DNA of 15,774 nucleotides from a bacterium (GCA_043807825.1 JAZDFM010000026.1:1-15774); one strand, 5' to 3'. Shown: positions 1 through 9,856, counted from the stretch's first letter. A program made the numbers and translations. Notes: a model not told the origin generated them from the sequence alone.

Positions 1-204
1 TTATGCTCTTATTTGTGGACCGCCACGGCCGGAGCCAGCATCAATGACGCGGCCACAACCAGTCCGATTATAATTTTTAATTCATCCGGCAATTGCGCGG
101 TTACTTTGAAAGTAACCGATAATGACGGATATTATGTTTCAACTTCCCGCACGATCAATGTGAATGCCAAGCTTCCAAAATGGAAAGAAGTCAAGCCGGA
201 ATAG
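1..204 (+). CDS. PKD/Ig-like domain surface protein, C-terminal fragment (5' end lies outside the window)
   Basis: Frame 1 is open from base 1, so the TTG at 13 in the ORF track is probably internal. Stop is TAG at 202-204. CAVTLKVTDNDGYYVSTSRTINV matches the PKD-type beta-sandwich signature (V.VTD..G). Confidence 0.6.
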   Translation, partial: LCSYLWTATAGASINDAATTSPIIIFNSSGNCAVTLKVTDNDGYYVSTSRTINVNAKLPKWKEVKPE

Positions 205-280
205 CGGCTGATTGCGGTGATAAAATAAAACAACTCGCAGTGTTATTTAAAAATAATTTTTTACAATTAAATTTTAACTT

Positions 281-442
281 ATGAAAAAACAAACCACAAA
301 AAAATTTACAAAAGAATGGGTTGAATTAACTCTTTGTGATATGGTTGACGAGGTTTTGCAATTTATGAGAAACGGAAAAAGCAAGGAGGAAATTTTAGAA
401 AGAATTAAAAATTATTCTGCCGAAATTTATAATGCGCAATAA
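281..442 (+). CDS. small hypothetical protein (53 aa)
   Basis: ATG at 281, TAA at 440-442. It is below the ORF-track length cutoff. Translation: MKKQTTKKFTKEWVELTLCDMVDEVLQFMRNGKSKEEILERIKNYSAEIYNAQ. The stop lies 2 nt before the ATG of the next ORF (445), which suggests translational coupling. No family recognised. Confidence 0.3.
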   Translation: MKKQTTKKFTKEWVELTLCDMVDEVLQFMRNGKSKEEILERIKNYSAEIYNAQ

Positions 443-444
443 TT

Positions 445-1209
445 ATGTCAAAAGAAAAATTAAAAATTTGTTTAGAAACATCGACTTATTTGCCGTTAAC
501 TTGGACAACGCCTTATTCGCAGGATGTGATAAATTTGATTCAGTATTACAGAAATGATGCTGATTTTTATATTCAAGATGATTGTTTGCTTGAGGCATTA
601 TCTTATGTCCACTATCAGAAAAATTGGTTCCGTCACGCTTCGGTAAGAATCAAAAAAATAGCTAAAATACTCACCGATAAACAATTAAATGAATTGTCAT
701 TTCCAAGCACAGCATTTCAAATTTTATTAGGCGGTAAAATGTGGGCGCAAGGTTTATATCTAAATTTTGTAAGGCATACAACATTTTTATACGCTGATTT
801 AGTTGATAAGGTTGATTTTTCAGAGAAAAGGAAGGGGCTTTTGCAGTTAGCAGGTTTGGTTGATAAAAGGTTTGAGGATTTACAAAACAAAATTGAGGGG
901 CATCTTGTTGCAAAGGAATTTGAAATAAATTTCAAAGAAATGTTGCCATATTGGGGAAAGTTTTATCTATTTATGGAATTACCAGAACCATTAAAAGTTA
1001 AAGTTTGGAAAATTGAAGAAAAATTCGTGAAAGGACCAGCAAGAATTAGAGATGTTTTCCATTATAAGAGTATGATAGATTCTAGTATGGGTTTTGAAAA
1101 AATGATCGTTGCTAATACCGGATTTTCTGCACATATCAAAAAAGAACTCGGCAGATTAGAAATAGAGCTTTTATGCGCCAAAAGCAGGCAGATGGAAATA
1201 TATGAGTAA
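445..1209 (+). CDS. hypothetical protein (254 aa), no recognisable family
   Basis: Long ORF in an AT-rich stretch with ATG start and TAA stop. Only short shadow ORFs on the opposite strand. I found no catalytic or structural motif I can name. Confidence 0.6.
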   Translation: MSKEKLKICLETSTYLPLTWTTPYSQDVINLIQYYRNDADFYIQDDCLLEALSYVHYQKNWFRHASVRIKKIAKILTDKQLNELSFPSTAFQILLGGKMWAQGLYLNFVRHTTFLYADLVDKVDFSEKRKGLLQLAGLVDKRFEDLQNKIEGHLVAKEFEINFKEMLPYWGKFYLFMELPEPLKVKVWKIEEKFVKGPARIRDVFHYKSMIDSSMGFEKMIVANTGFSAHIKKELGRLEIELLCAKSRQMEIYE

Positions 1210-1296
1210 TAAAAATATTTAATAAATAATAATTTCACGCTACGGTCTCTGTTGCAGGGTAATTTACAAATTTTTAAATTTTTTAACAACAACTCT

Positions 1297-1809
1297 ATGA
1301 CCAAACAATTTAAAATCACATTGGTTATTTTATTGATTGCTTCTGCGGCGCTGTTTTTGGGCAATTATTATTTTCAAAAATGGGTTGATTTCAAAATGGC
1401 CAAAGTGAGCATCGGACTGGCTGAAAGCAAGTTTCCATACAGAGAATATACTCAAGAAGAATTGAACAAGATGTATCCGCAGATACGATACGCCGATGTT
1501 CCCACAAGAACAACGCCGGAACAGACTTACTCCGCGCTGAAACAAGCGTTGAAAAATGAAGATGTGGAAGCGGCTGTAAATTGTTTCATTGAGGAAAAAC
1601 GGGGGGAGTGGAGAGAAAATTTAAAAAAAATAAAAGAAAAAGGATTTATGCAAGAGATGGAACAGGATTTAACTGAATTAAAATTGGAATTAGAGGGAGA
1701 AGCGAGGATGCAATATAGCTATAGTAAAGTCAAAGATGATAAGATTTATGGTTATTATATAGATTTTATAAAAGACATTAACGGCGACTGGAAAATAGAA
1801 AGCCTTTAA
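1297..1809 (+). CDS. N-terminally membrane-anchored hypothetical protein, paralog A
   Basis: I prefer the ATG at 1297 (MTKQFKITLVILLIASAALFLGNYYF, a TM helix right at the N-terminus) over the TTG at 1252. It shares the blocks Y(T)xEEL...P..Y.DVP...TPEQ.Y....QAL.N.D.E.A and a C-terminal DG.W motif with the next ORF. Confidence 0.7.
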   Translation: MTKQFKITLVILLIASAALFLGNYYFQKWVDFKMAKVSIGLAESKFPYREYTQEELNKMYPQIRYADVPTRTTPEQTYSALKQALKNEDVEAAVNCFIEEKRGEWRENLKKIKEKGFMQEMEQDLTELKLELEGEARMQYSYSKVKDDKIYGYYIDFIKDINGDWKIESL

Positions 1810-1899
1810 ATATAGACGCATTCGCGCGAATAAAGAGATTCCTTCCAGCAGAGCGGGACTTAAAATGACAATTTTTAATTAATTATTTTTATAAACCTT

Positions 1900-2367
1900 A
1901 TGCTAAAAAAAATCTTAAAAATTTTCGCAATCTGTTTCGGCCTATTTATTATTTTATATATCTGCTGGTCGGTTTATATAAAAATTCAAATTGATAAGGG
2001 GAATTTGATAAAATGGGATAACAAGTTTTACACCAAAGAAGAATTAAAGCAAGCCTTTCCTCCGCAAGAATACGATGTTCCTGCAAAAAATACTCCGGAA
2101 CAAGTCTACGCGGAATTCAGGCAAGCTTTGCTGAATAATGATATTGAAGGCGCGCTGGCGCAGATTAGGGAGAAGAACAGGGAAGAATACAGACAGGCTT
2201 TTAAAGATAAGGAAAAGTTTGATAAGTGGGTGAAAAGTTTGCCGGAAAAAATAACCGAGGAAAGCGAATTAGGAAATTTTTCTCATTATGATATTGATTA
2301 TGGAACAGAAAATAAAAATACAATTACTTTTATAAAAAACAGCGATGGTTATTGGCAAGTAGATTAG
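1900..2367 (+). CDS. N-terminally membrane-anchored hypothetical protein, paralog B
   Basis: ATG at 1900. TM helix IFAICFGLFIILYICWSVYI. Colinear with ORF 1297-1809 (YTKEELKQAFPPQEYDVPAKNTPEQVYAEFRQALLNNDIEGA, then SDGYWQVD). Confidence 0.7.
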   Translation: MLKKILKIFAICFGLFIILYICWSVYIKIQIDKGNLIKWDNKFYTKEELKQAFPPQEYDVPAKNTPEQVYAEFRQALLNNDIEGALAQIREKNREEYRQAFKDKEKFDKWVKSLPEKITEESELGNFSHYDIDYGTENKNTITFIKNSDGYWQVD

Positions 2368-2392
2368 ATATAATTGAACTGATTATAAAAAC

Positions 2393-5347
2393 ATGCCAAA
2401 CAAAATATTAAAATTATCAATTTCATTGATTTTGGTAATATCCGCTTGCTGTATTTTCAGCTATGACAATTTTACAACTCACCCGTTGCTGTCGGAATCA
2501 GCCGCCGCCGTGTATGGCAAACAAGCTGGCGCTAAATTAACCGATCAGCAAAAACAATGGATTATTAAAGGCTCAATCAATGAAGACATTGATCCGCGCT
2601 ATCTGAATCATTTTTACGATCCGACAACAGGCAAGGGATTGGACGGCTGGGATGTATATAAGAAATTTAACATAAAAGTCAATGGCAAATCAGCCAAACA
2701 ATGGGCGAAAAATCAAGACAGCGCCACTGGAGATTATTCTGAATCCGCGATTTTAAAAAATTATCAGGATGGCGATTTATCCCGCGCTTATCAGGGAATT
2801 GGCCATATTTTGCATTTAATACAGGATATGGCTGTTCCGGCGCATACAAGAAACGATCCGCATTCCGCCGGCGATCCTTATGAAAAATGGGCCGAACAAC
2901 ACGGAGCTATAGATTCAAGCAGATTGAATTTTATAGCTGTGGATAATCTTGATCAGGCTTTTGATAAAATGGCTAATTATTCTCATGATAATTTTTTCAG
3001 TAGAGATACAGTTAATGTTAATAATATAAAAAATTATAAAACAGCTATTGAATTAGTGGATGGTAAAAATAGAATGTATTTATTAAATACAACTGATAAT
3101 TATTTATATAAATTTGCTTATTCAAAAAATCCTGAATGGATTATGCCAGTTTTTCAAGTTGACGATGACCCCTCACTCCACCAAGACTACTGGAACATGC
3201 TTTATCCAAAAGCCGTGGGCTACAGCGCAGGAGCGATAGATTATTTTGTCAAACAATTCGCCAAAATTGATCAAGCTAAAAAAGAACAAGAGCAAATAAG
3301 TTTGTTTGATAAATTAAAAAATTCATTAGTTGGTTTAACCAATGAAGCAAAATATGTTTGGGGCGATGTATATATGGCGCAGAACAAAGTTTTGGCAAGC
3401 GGGTATGATAATATTGTGAAATTGGCTGGTAAAACTAAAAATAGCCTGCAATTTTCATATTCATACGCTAAACCGACCACTGCCCCCGCCCCTCTTCAAA
3501 TCACGGTGCAAGATAAGCCGGCCGGCAGGGTTTTAGCGGCTTCAGAACAGGCTGGACAGGGAGAAAAATTTCAAATCCCCCCTACCCCCTTTAATAAAGG
3601 GGGTGAAAATGCCAAGCCTGTTCAAACCGTGAATGTTCCGGCAGTCAAACAAACAGCGATTGCAAAAACTGTTAATCCTAAAATCCCCCCTGCCCCCTTT
3701 GATAAAGGGGGTGAAATCAAGCCTGAACCTAAAATCCCCCCTACCCACTTTGATAAAGGGGGAGAAGCCCCGGCAATGCATCGCAAAGGCTCTGACAGCC
3801 TGCCTCCGGAAACATCTATTTTATCGGCTCCGAATGCTGTAAGCAGTTCAACATCTGCCTCATTTGTTTTCTCTTCCAATGAAGCTGATTCTTCTTTTGA
3901 ATGCGATTTGGATAATGCCGGATGGCAGGAATGCTTGCCTGCGCAGGCGGGCGGCGTTACCAATTTAAGCAATCTGTCCGAAGGCTCGCATAATCTGAAA
4001 GTTAGAGCGCGGGACTTGTTAAACAATATTGACCAAACACCTGCCGAATATAATTGGATTGTTGACACTGTTGCTCCGATTGTGTCAATAACAAGCTATC
4101 CTCAATCAATTTCAACTTCAACAACCGCGAATTTTCAAATTGATTCAAATGAAAATGAAGCAAGTTTTATCTGCCAATTAGACATGAATCCGTGGCAGGA
4201 ATGCTCGGCAACGACAAGCGCGGCCGATTTGATTGACGGTTGGCATATTATGGAAGCCAAAGGAATTGATATTGCAGGAAACACAAGTTCGTCAACCGCG
4301 ATAACTTGGATTATTGACACCGCGGCTCCGGCATCGTCTGTTTCCGCGTTGCTCGCCGAATATCCATCAACCGGATTTTCCGTAAGCTGGAGCGGAACCG
4401 ATGGACAAGCTTCCACCACCAGCGGTTTGGCTGATTTTGACATTCAGTATAAAATAGGTTCAGGACAATGGCAGAATTGGATTATGGCAACAACCACAAC
4501 CAATGCTGTTTTTGATATTATTGTTAATAACGGCAGTTCTGTTTATTTTCGTTCTAGAGCTTCTGATTCAGCAGGCAATCTGGAAAATTGGCCGGACAAT
4601 GAAAACGGAGACGCAAGCGCGGCGATTGCGTCTTTACCTCCGGCGCAACCCCCGATTGTTTTAAGCGATGTTTCATCGGCATTAAGCAATTGGAAATCGT
4701 CTTTTTCATGGAAGCATACCGTCAATGGGAATGATCCTGTATTGGTGGTGAGTTTGCATGGAGACGGAGATTATCTTAATGACGATGCAGTGACATACGA
4801 TGGCCAAACATTGAGTTTGGCGGTTAAAAAGATTCATGGCGCGTATGACAATAAAGCCGTATTTATGTATTATCTTGCGAATCCGACTCAAGGGGAGCAT
4901 GATATAACCGCTAAAGTATGGGGATTGCCTTTCGCGGCTTCAGCAGCCACATTTTTAAACTGCGATATCTCAGATCCTGTGGGCTTGGCAGATTCATTTT
5001 TTAAATCGCAGTATGATTATGTGCGAACGATTCCTATGCCTGACTATGTTACGATGTCTAATTATGCCACAACAACTATCAACGGAATGATGCTGATTGA
5101 CGCTGTGACTTATGGCAGGTTTGATGATATTTCAGCAGCATCTCCAGGAGAAGGCCAAACGCAATATTTTGAACAAAAGAGTACTCCGCCGGGCGGAGCG
5201 TGGTTTGGACAAACTATTTATGATTATCTTTACGCGGGGCAAAGCTATAAGTTAGTTGAATCGGCCGGTTTGCATTCCATGGATTGGATAACAGACGATC
5301 CTCAATCCGCTGTTCATGTTATTATAGGATTGAATCCGAAGCCGTAA
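2393..5347 (+). CDS. large secreted/lipid-anchored surface protein: zinc phospholipase-C/S1-P1-nuclease-like N-domain, repeat-derived linker, tandem Ig-like/Fn3-like modules, unknown C-terminal domain
   Basis: 984-aa ORF. Signal peptide with a lipobox-like LVISAC. NHFYDP and GHILHLIQDMAVPAHTRNDPH resemble the His/Asp metal-ligand blocks of the Zn-dependent PLC/P1 nuclease fold. Two about 85-aa repeats (..SASFVFSSNEADSSFECDLDNAGWQEC..WIVDTVAP and ..TANFQIDSNENEASFICQLDMNPWQEC..WIIDTAAP, roughly 3803-4330) are followed by an Fn3-like module (FDIQYKIGSGQWQNW). Confidence 0.85.
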   Translation: MPNKILKLSISLILVISACCIFSYDNFTTHPLLSESAAAVYGKQAGAKLTDQQKQWIIKGSINEDIDPRYLNHFYDPTTGKGLDGWDVYKKFNIKVNGKSAKQWAKNQDSATGDYSESAILKNYQDGDLSRAYQGIGHILHLIQDMAVPAHTRNDPHSAGDPYEKWAEQHGAIDSSRLNFIAVDNLDQAFDKMANYSHDNFFSRDTVNVNNIKNYKTAIELVDGKNRMYLLNTTDNYLYKFAYSKNPEWIMPVFQVDDDPSLHQDYWNMLYPKAVGYSAGAIDYFVKQFAKIDQAKKEQEQISLFDKLKNSLVGLTNEAKYVWGDVYMAQNKVLASGYDNIVKLAGKTKNSLQFSYSYAKPTTAPAPLQITVQDKPAGRVLAASEQAGQGEKFQIPPTPFNKGGENAKPVQTVNVPAVKQTAIAKTVNPKIPPAPFDKGGEIKPEPKIPPTHFDKGGEAPAMHRKGSDSLPPETSILSAPNAVSSSTSASFVFSSNEADSSFECDLDNAGWQECLPAQAGGVTNLSNLSEGSHNLKVRARDLLNNIDQTPAEYNWIVDTVAPIVSITSYPQSISTSTTANFQIDSNENEASFICQLDMNPWQECSATTSAADLIDGWHIMEAKGIDIAGNTSSSTAITWIIDTAAPASSVSALLAEYPSTGFSVSWSGTDGQASTTSGLADFDIQYKIGSGQWQNWIMATTTTNAVFDIIVNNGSSVYFRSRASDSAGNLENWPDNENGDASAAIASLPPAQPPIVLSDVSSALSNWKSSFSWKHTVNGNDPVLVVSLHGDGDYLNDDAVTYDGQTLSLAVKKIHGAYDNKAVFMYYLANPTQGEHDITAKVWGLPFAASAATFLNCDISDPVGLADSFFKSQYDYVRTIPMPDYVTMSNYATTTINGMMLIDAVTYGRFDDISAASPGEGQTQYFEQKSTPPGGAWFGQTIYDYLYAGQSYKLVESAGLHSMDWITDDPQSAVHVIIGLNPKP
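3573..3610 (+). repeat. KGG-type miniature palindromic element, copy 1 (in-frame, encodes IPPTPFNKGGE)
   Basis: aaatcccccctaccccctttaataaagggggtgaaaat. Perfect 8-bp stem CCCCCTTT (3585-3592) / AAAGGGGG (3596-3603) with a 3-nt loop. Confidence 0.85.
3680..3717 (+). repeat. KGG-type miniature palindromic element, copy 2 (in-frame, encodes IPPAPFDKGGE)
   Basis: aaaatcccccctgccccctttgataaagggggtgaaat. Stem 3693-3700 / 3704-3711. Starts 108 nt after copy 1, a multiple of 3. Confidence 0.85.
3731..3767 (+). repeat. KGG-type miniature palindromic element, copy 3, slightly degenerate (encodes IPPTHFDKGGE)
   Basis: aaaatcccccctacccactttgataaagggggagaag. One stem mismatch (CCCACTTT). Starts 51 nt after copy 2, a multiple of 3. 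Confidence 0.8.
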
Positions 5348-5357
5348 GCGTATAAAA

Positions 5358-5900
5358 ATGGAAAAACAAAACAATAAAATAAATAATTCAGGCGGTTTTA
5401 CGATGATAGAGCTGTTAGCGGGCATTTTTATAATTGCCGTGATGAGCGGTTTTTTTATCGTTAATTACCATAACACGAACAAACGATCTGAATTGGGAGT
5501 TATCAAACAAAAATTGGCGTCAAACATAAGATTGGCGCAAAATTACAGTTTGGGATCAAAAACTTATGACGGAATCAACACCCCGGCCGGCGGATGGGGA
5601 GTTCATTTCAGCCTGTCGGATCCGAGCCATTATATAATTTTCGCGGATAAAAATTTGCCTAATGGAGATAAAACATATAACGCCGGCGAAGCCGTGGAAA
5701 CCGTATCTTTGCCTGACGGAATAACCATAAATTCCTTAAGCCCGGCGAATTCGGTTGATATTGTTTTTTTTCCGCCCGATCCGGTAACATATATTAACGG
5801 ATCAGGCAGTTCGCCGGCTAAAATAACTTTAAAAGAAAACATCAATAATTCAACCGCCGAAATTTCAGTTAATTTTTTCGGTTTGATTGACGCGAATTAA
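5358..5900 (+). CDS. type IV pilin-like / pseudopilin protein (GspH/FimT-like minor pilin)
   Basis: Prepilin class III leader and N-methylation motif: NNSGG|FTMIELLAGIFIIAVMSG, with Glu at +5. Starts 11 nt after the stop of the large surface-protein gene. Confidence 0.8.
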   Translation: MEKQNNKINNSGGFTMIELLAGIFIIAVMSGFFIVNYHNTNKRSELGVIKQKLASNIRLAQNYSLGSKTYDGINTPAGGWGVHFSLSDPSHYIIFADKNLPNGDKTYNAGEAVETVSLPDGITINSLSPANSVDIVFFPPDPVTYINGSGSSPAKITLKENINNSTAEISVNFFGLIDAN

Positions 5901-5901
5901 A

Positions 5902-6414
5902 ATGAAAATGAAAGTAATTTCAAATAATTCGGGAATAAGCATATTGGAAGTGATTGCCGCGGTCGCCATAATCGCCATAGGCATGGTCGGAGTTTTGTCG
6001 CTGGTAATTCAGAATGTTGAAGCGCAATATATAAATAAAAATATTTTAATGGCTTCCGGATTGGCGCAGGAAGGTTTGGAAATCGTCAGGAATATCAGGG
6101 ACGCCAATTGGCTGATTGAAGGCAACTTATGGAAACAAAATATAGTCGGAGACGGAACTTACACCGTAAGCTATGCCGGAATTTCAAGCGTTAACATGGC
6201 CGTAAATTCAATAAACGAAGCCGGCGCCAGATTGTATGTTGACGGCAACGGGCTTTATACCAATTCAGTTACGGCATCGGCGACGAATTTTTATCGCCTG
6301 ATAACTATTGTTGACAATGGAGATTATTTGGATGTGAAATGCGTTATCCGATGGGCCGACGGAACGCAAAACCATAATTACGCGGCTGAAACCTATTTAT
6401 ACGATTGGCGATAA
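5902..6414 (+). CDS. type IV minor pilin-like protein (PilV/GspI-like)
   Basis: I prefer the ATG at 5902, 2 nt after the upstream stop, over the TTG at 5887. Motif NNSG|ISILEVIAAVAIIAIGMVGVL with Glu+5. Confidence 0.75.
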   Translation: MKMKVISNNSGISILEVIAAVAIIAIGMVGVLSLVIQNVEAQYINKNILMASGLAQEGLEIVRNIRDANWLIEGNLWKQNIVGDGTYTVSYAGISSVNMAVNSINEAGARLYVDGNGLYTNSVTASATNFYRLITIVDNGDYLDVKCVIRWADGTQNHNYAAETYLYDWR

Positions 6415-6416
6415 AT

Positions 6417-6986
6417 ATGATATTATTATTCAAAAAAATAAAAGATAACAGAGGAGTGAGCTTGATAGAATTGGTTGTTTCAATTGCGATTTTTTCGGTT
6501 TTGATATTATCATCAACGCAAATATTCAAAATGGTCGTTGACGGCCAAAGAGGAGCCGTAAGCGCGCAAAATGTCCAGGATAGCATAAGATACGCCATGG
6601 AAAAAATAAGCAAAGAAATCAGAATGGCTCAAATCAGCAATGCTTCATGCTATGGCGCGGCTGTTTACAAAGTTTTCAATCCGGCGAACGGCGGAACGGA
6701 ATTGTATTTAAAAAACAAAGACGGCAATTGCGTAAATTATTATTTGGAAAACAACCGGCTGAAAATAATGTCCGGAACCGGCGCCGGAGCCATCGCCGAT
6801 TTCATAACTCCTGCCAAAATTGAAGTGAGCAATTTGAAATTTTATGTTAACGACGACTTGATTGGATCTTTCCACAGCAAACAGCCTTATGTAACCATGG
6901 CAATGGATATTAAAGCGGCCGGTCAGGCGATGCACGAGCAGAGAATGAAAATTCAAATGACTATTTCTTCAAGATATTATGAATAA
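6417..6986 (+). CDS. type IV minor pilin-like protein (PilW/GspJ-like)
   Basis: I prefer the ATG at 6417, 3 nt after the upstream stop, over the TTG at 6405. Motif DNRG|VSLIELVVSIAIFSVLIL with Glu+5. Confidence 0.7.
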   Translation: MILLFKKIKDNRGVSLIELVVSIAIFSVLILSSTQIFKMVVDGQRGAVSAQNVQDSIRYAMEKISKEIRMAQISNASCYGAAVYKVFNPANGGTELYLKNKDGNCVNYYLENNRLKIMSGTGAGAIADFITPAKIEVSNLKFYVNDDLIGSFHSKQPYVTMAMDIKAAGQAMHEQRMKIQMTISSRYYE

Positions 6987-7356
6987 TAATAACAAAAATC
7001 AAGAAGGCGTGATTTTGCTTTTAACCATGTTTATTTTGTCCGGAATTTTAATAGTTTCATTAGCCGCGGCTGATTTGATTTTTTTGGGAATAAGAATGAA
7101 CCGCCTTACAGGCTATTCCAATATCGCTTTTTTCGCTTCCGAGGCGGGCATGGAGCGGGCGCTGTGGGAGGCCAGAAAAAACGGCTATGTCCTTCCGAGC
7201 TCAAGCCAAAATAATATTTTTGAAAGTTTGAATATAGGGAATTCAAGCGCGTACCATGTGAATTACGCCACTTCCACTCCGGATGTTTTTTTGAAATCAA
7301 TCGGAGATTATTTGGGAGTTAAAAGATCGGTTGAAACTGTTTATCAGACGCAATAA
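6979..7356 (+). CDS. PilX-like minor pilin / pilus assembly protein
   Basis: The ATG overlaps the upstream stop (ATGAATAA, 8-nt overlap). The N-terminus NQEGVILLLTMFILSGILIVSLAAA is a hydrophobic pilin-like helix lacking Glu+5, as in PilX-type N-domains. Confidence 0.6.
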   Translation: MNNNNKNQEGVILLLTMFILSGILIVSLAAADLIFLGIRMNRLTGYSNIAFFASEAGMERALWEARKNGYVLPSSSQNNIFESLNIGNSSAYHVNYATSTPDVFLKSIGDYLGVKRSVETVYQTQ

Positions 7357-7360
7357 ATAG

Positions 7361-9457
<2,097 letters not shown>

Positions 9458-9474
9458 TTACGCATAATAAAAAC

Positions 9475-9768
9475 ATGAATTTGTCTAAAGACGAAATAAA
9501 GCATATCGCCAAATTGGCCAGGCTGGAATTGACTGACGCCGAATTGGAAAAATACGGCGGACAGCTGTCGGCTGTTTTGAATTATATAGATCAATTAAAA
9601 GAAGTTGATGTAAAAGGAATTGAGCCTATGGCGCAGGCTTCATGCTTGGAAAATGTTTTGCGGGAAGATGAAATAAAAAATTGGGATGAGCAAGAAATTG
9701 AAGAAGCTCTAGCCGGAGCGCCGGAAAGGGAAGGCGGGTTTATAAAAGTTAAAAGAGTGATTGAATAA
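9475..9768 (+). CDS. gatC: Asp/Glu-tRNA(Asn/Gln) amidotransferase subunit C
   Basis: 97 aa. IKHIAKLARLELTDAELEKYGGQLSAVLNYIDQLKEVDVKGIEP is the canonical GatC pattern. It sits directly upstream of gatA. Confidence 0.9.
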   Translation: MNLSKDEIKHIAKLARLELTDAELEKYGGQLSAVLNYIDQLKEVDVKGIEPMAQASCLENVLREDEIKNWDEQEIEEALAGAPEREGGFIKVKRVIE

Positions 9769-9779
9769 AAATATTATAT

Positions 9780-9848
9780 TGTCATCCTCGCGAAAGCGGG
9801 GATCCATTCAGATTTTAAATCTGGATTCCCGCCTGCGCGGGAATGACA
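9780..9848. repeat. 69-bp nested inverted-repeat (REP/MITE-like) element in the gatC-gatA spacer
   Basis: tgtcatcctcgcgaaagcggggatcca...ctggattcccgcctgcgcgggaatgaca. The arms match at about 22 of 27 positions when one is reverse-complemented. Each arm also folds on its own (CTCGC-GAAA-GCGGG and CCCGC-CTGC-GCGGG). In the gatA frame it reads SSSRKRGS..LDSRLRGNDK. Confidence 0.8.
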
Positions 9849-9856
9849 AATTAAAT

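Noticed and set aside
1820-1831. Perfect 12-bp palindrome ATTCGCGCGAAT just after the stop of ORF 1297-1809, considered as a terminator.
   Set aside because: It has no loop and no downstream T-tract, so it is a poor intrinsic terminator. It may be a protein or restriction site, or part of the degenerate repeat next to it, but I cannot support a function.
3573-3767. Possible CRISPR array, from three similar 37-38-nt repeats with internal dyad symmetry.
   Set aside because: Spacing is irregular (repeat starts 108 and 51 nt apart, leaving gaps of roughly 70 and 13 nt). The repeats are in-frame inside a long CDS, a fourth copy sits alone inside gatA, and no cas genes or leader are present.
3542-4068. 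Minus-strand ORFs 3542-3781 and 3622-4068 and plus-strand ORF 3633-3842, all inside the surface-protein gene.
   Set aside because: They are alternative-frame or antisense readings of the palindromic KGG elements (PFIKGGRGDF, SPLPPLIKG) and of the GC-richer linker. They lie wholly inside a 984-aa ORF with clear domain structure.
9761-9856. ORF-track start for the 519-aa gatA ORF (MNKNIILSSSRKRGSIQILNLDSRLRGNDKLN...).
   Set aside because: The extension is just the stop-free translation of the 69-bp inverted-repeat element, and it overlaps the gatC stop. A canonical GatA N-terminus begins at ATG 9857.
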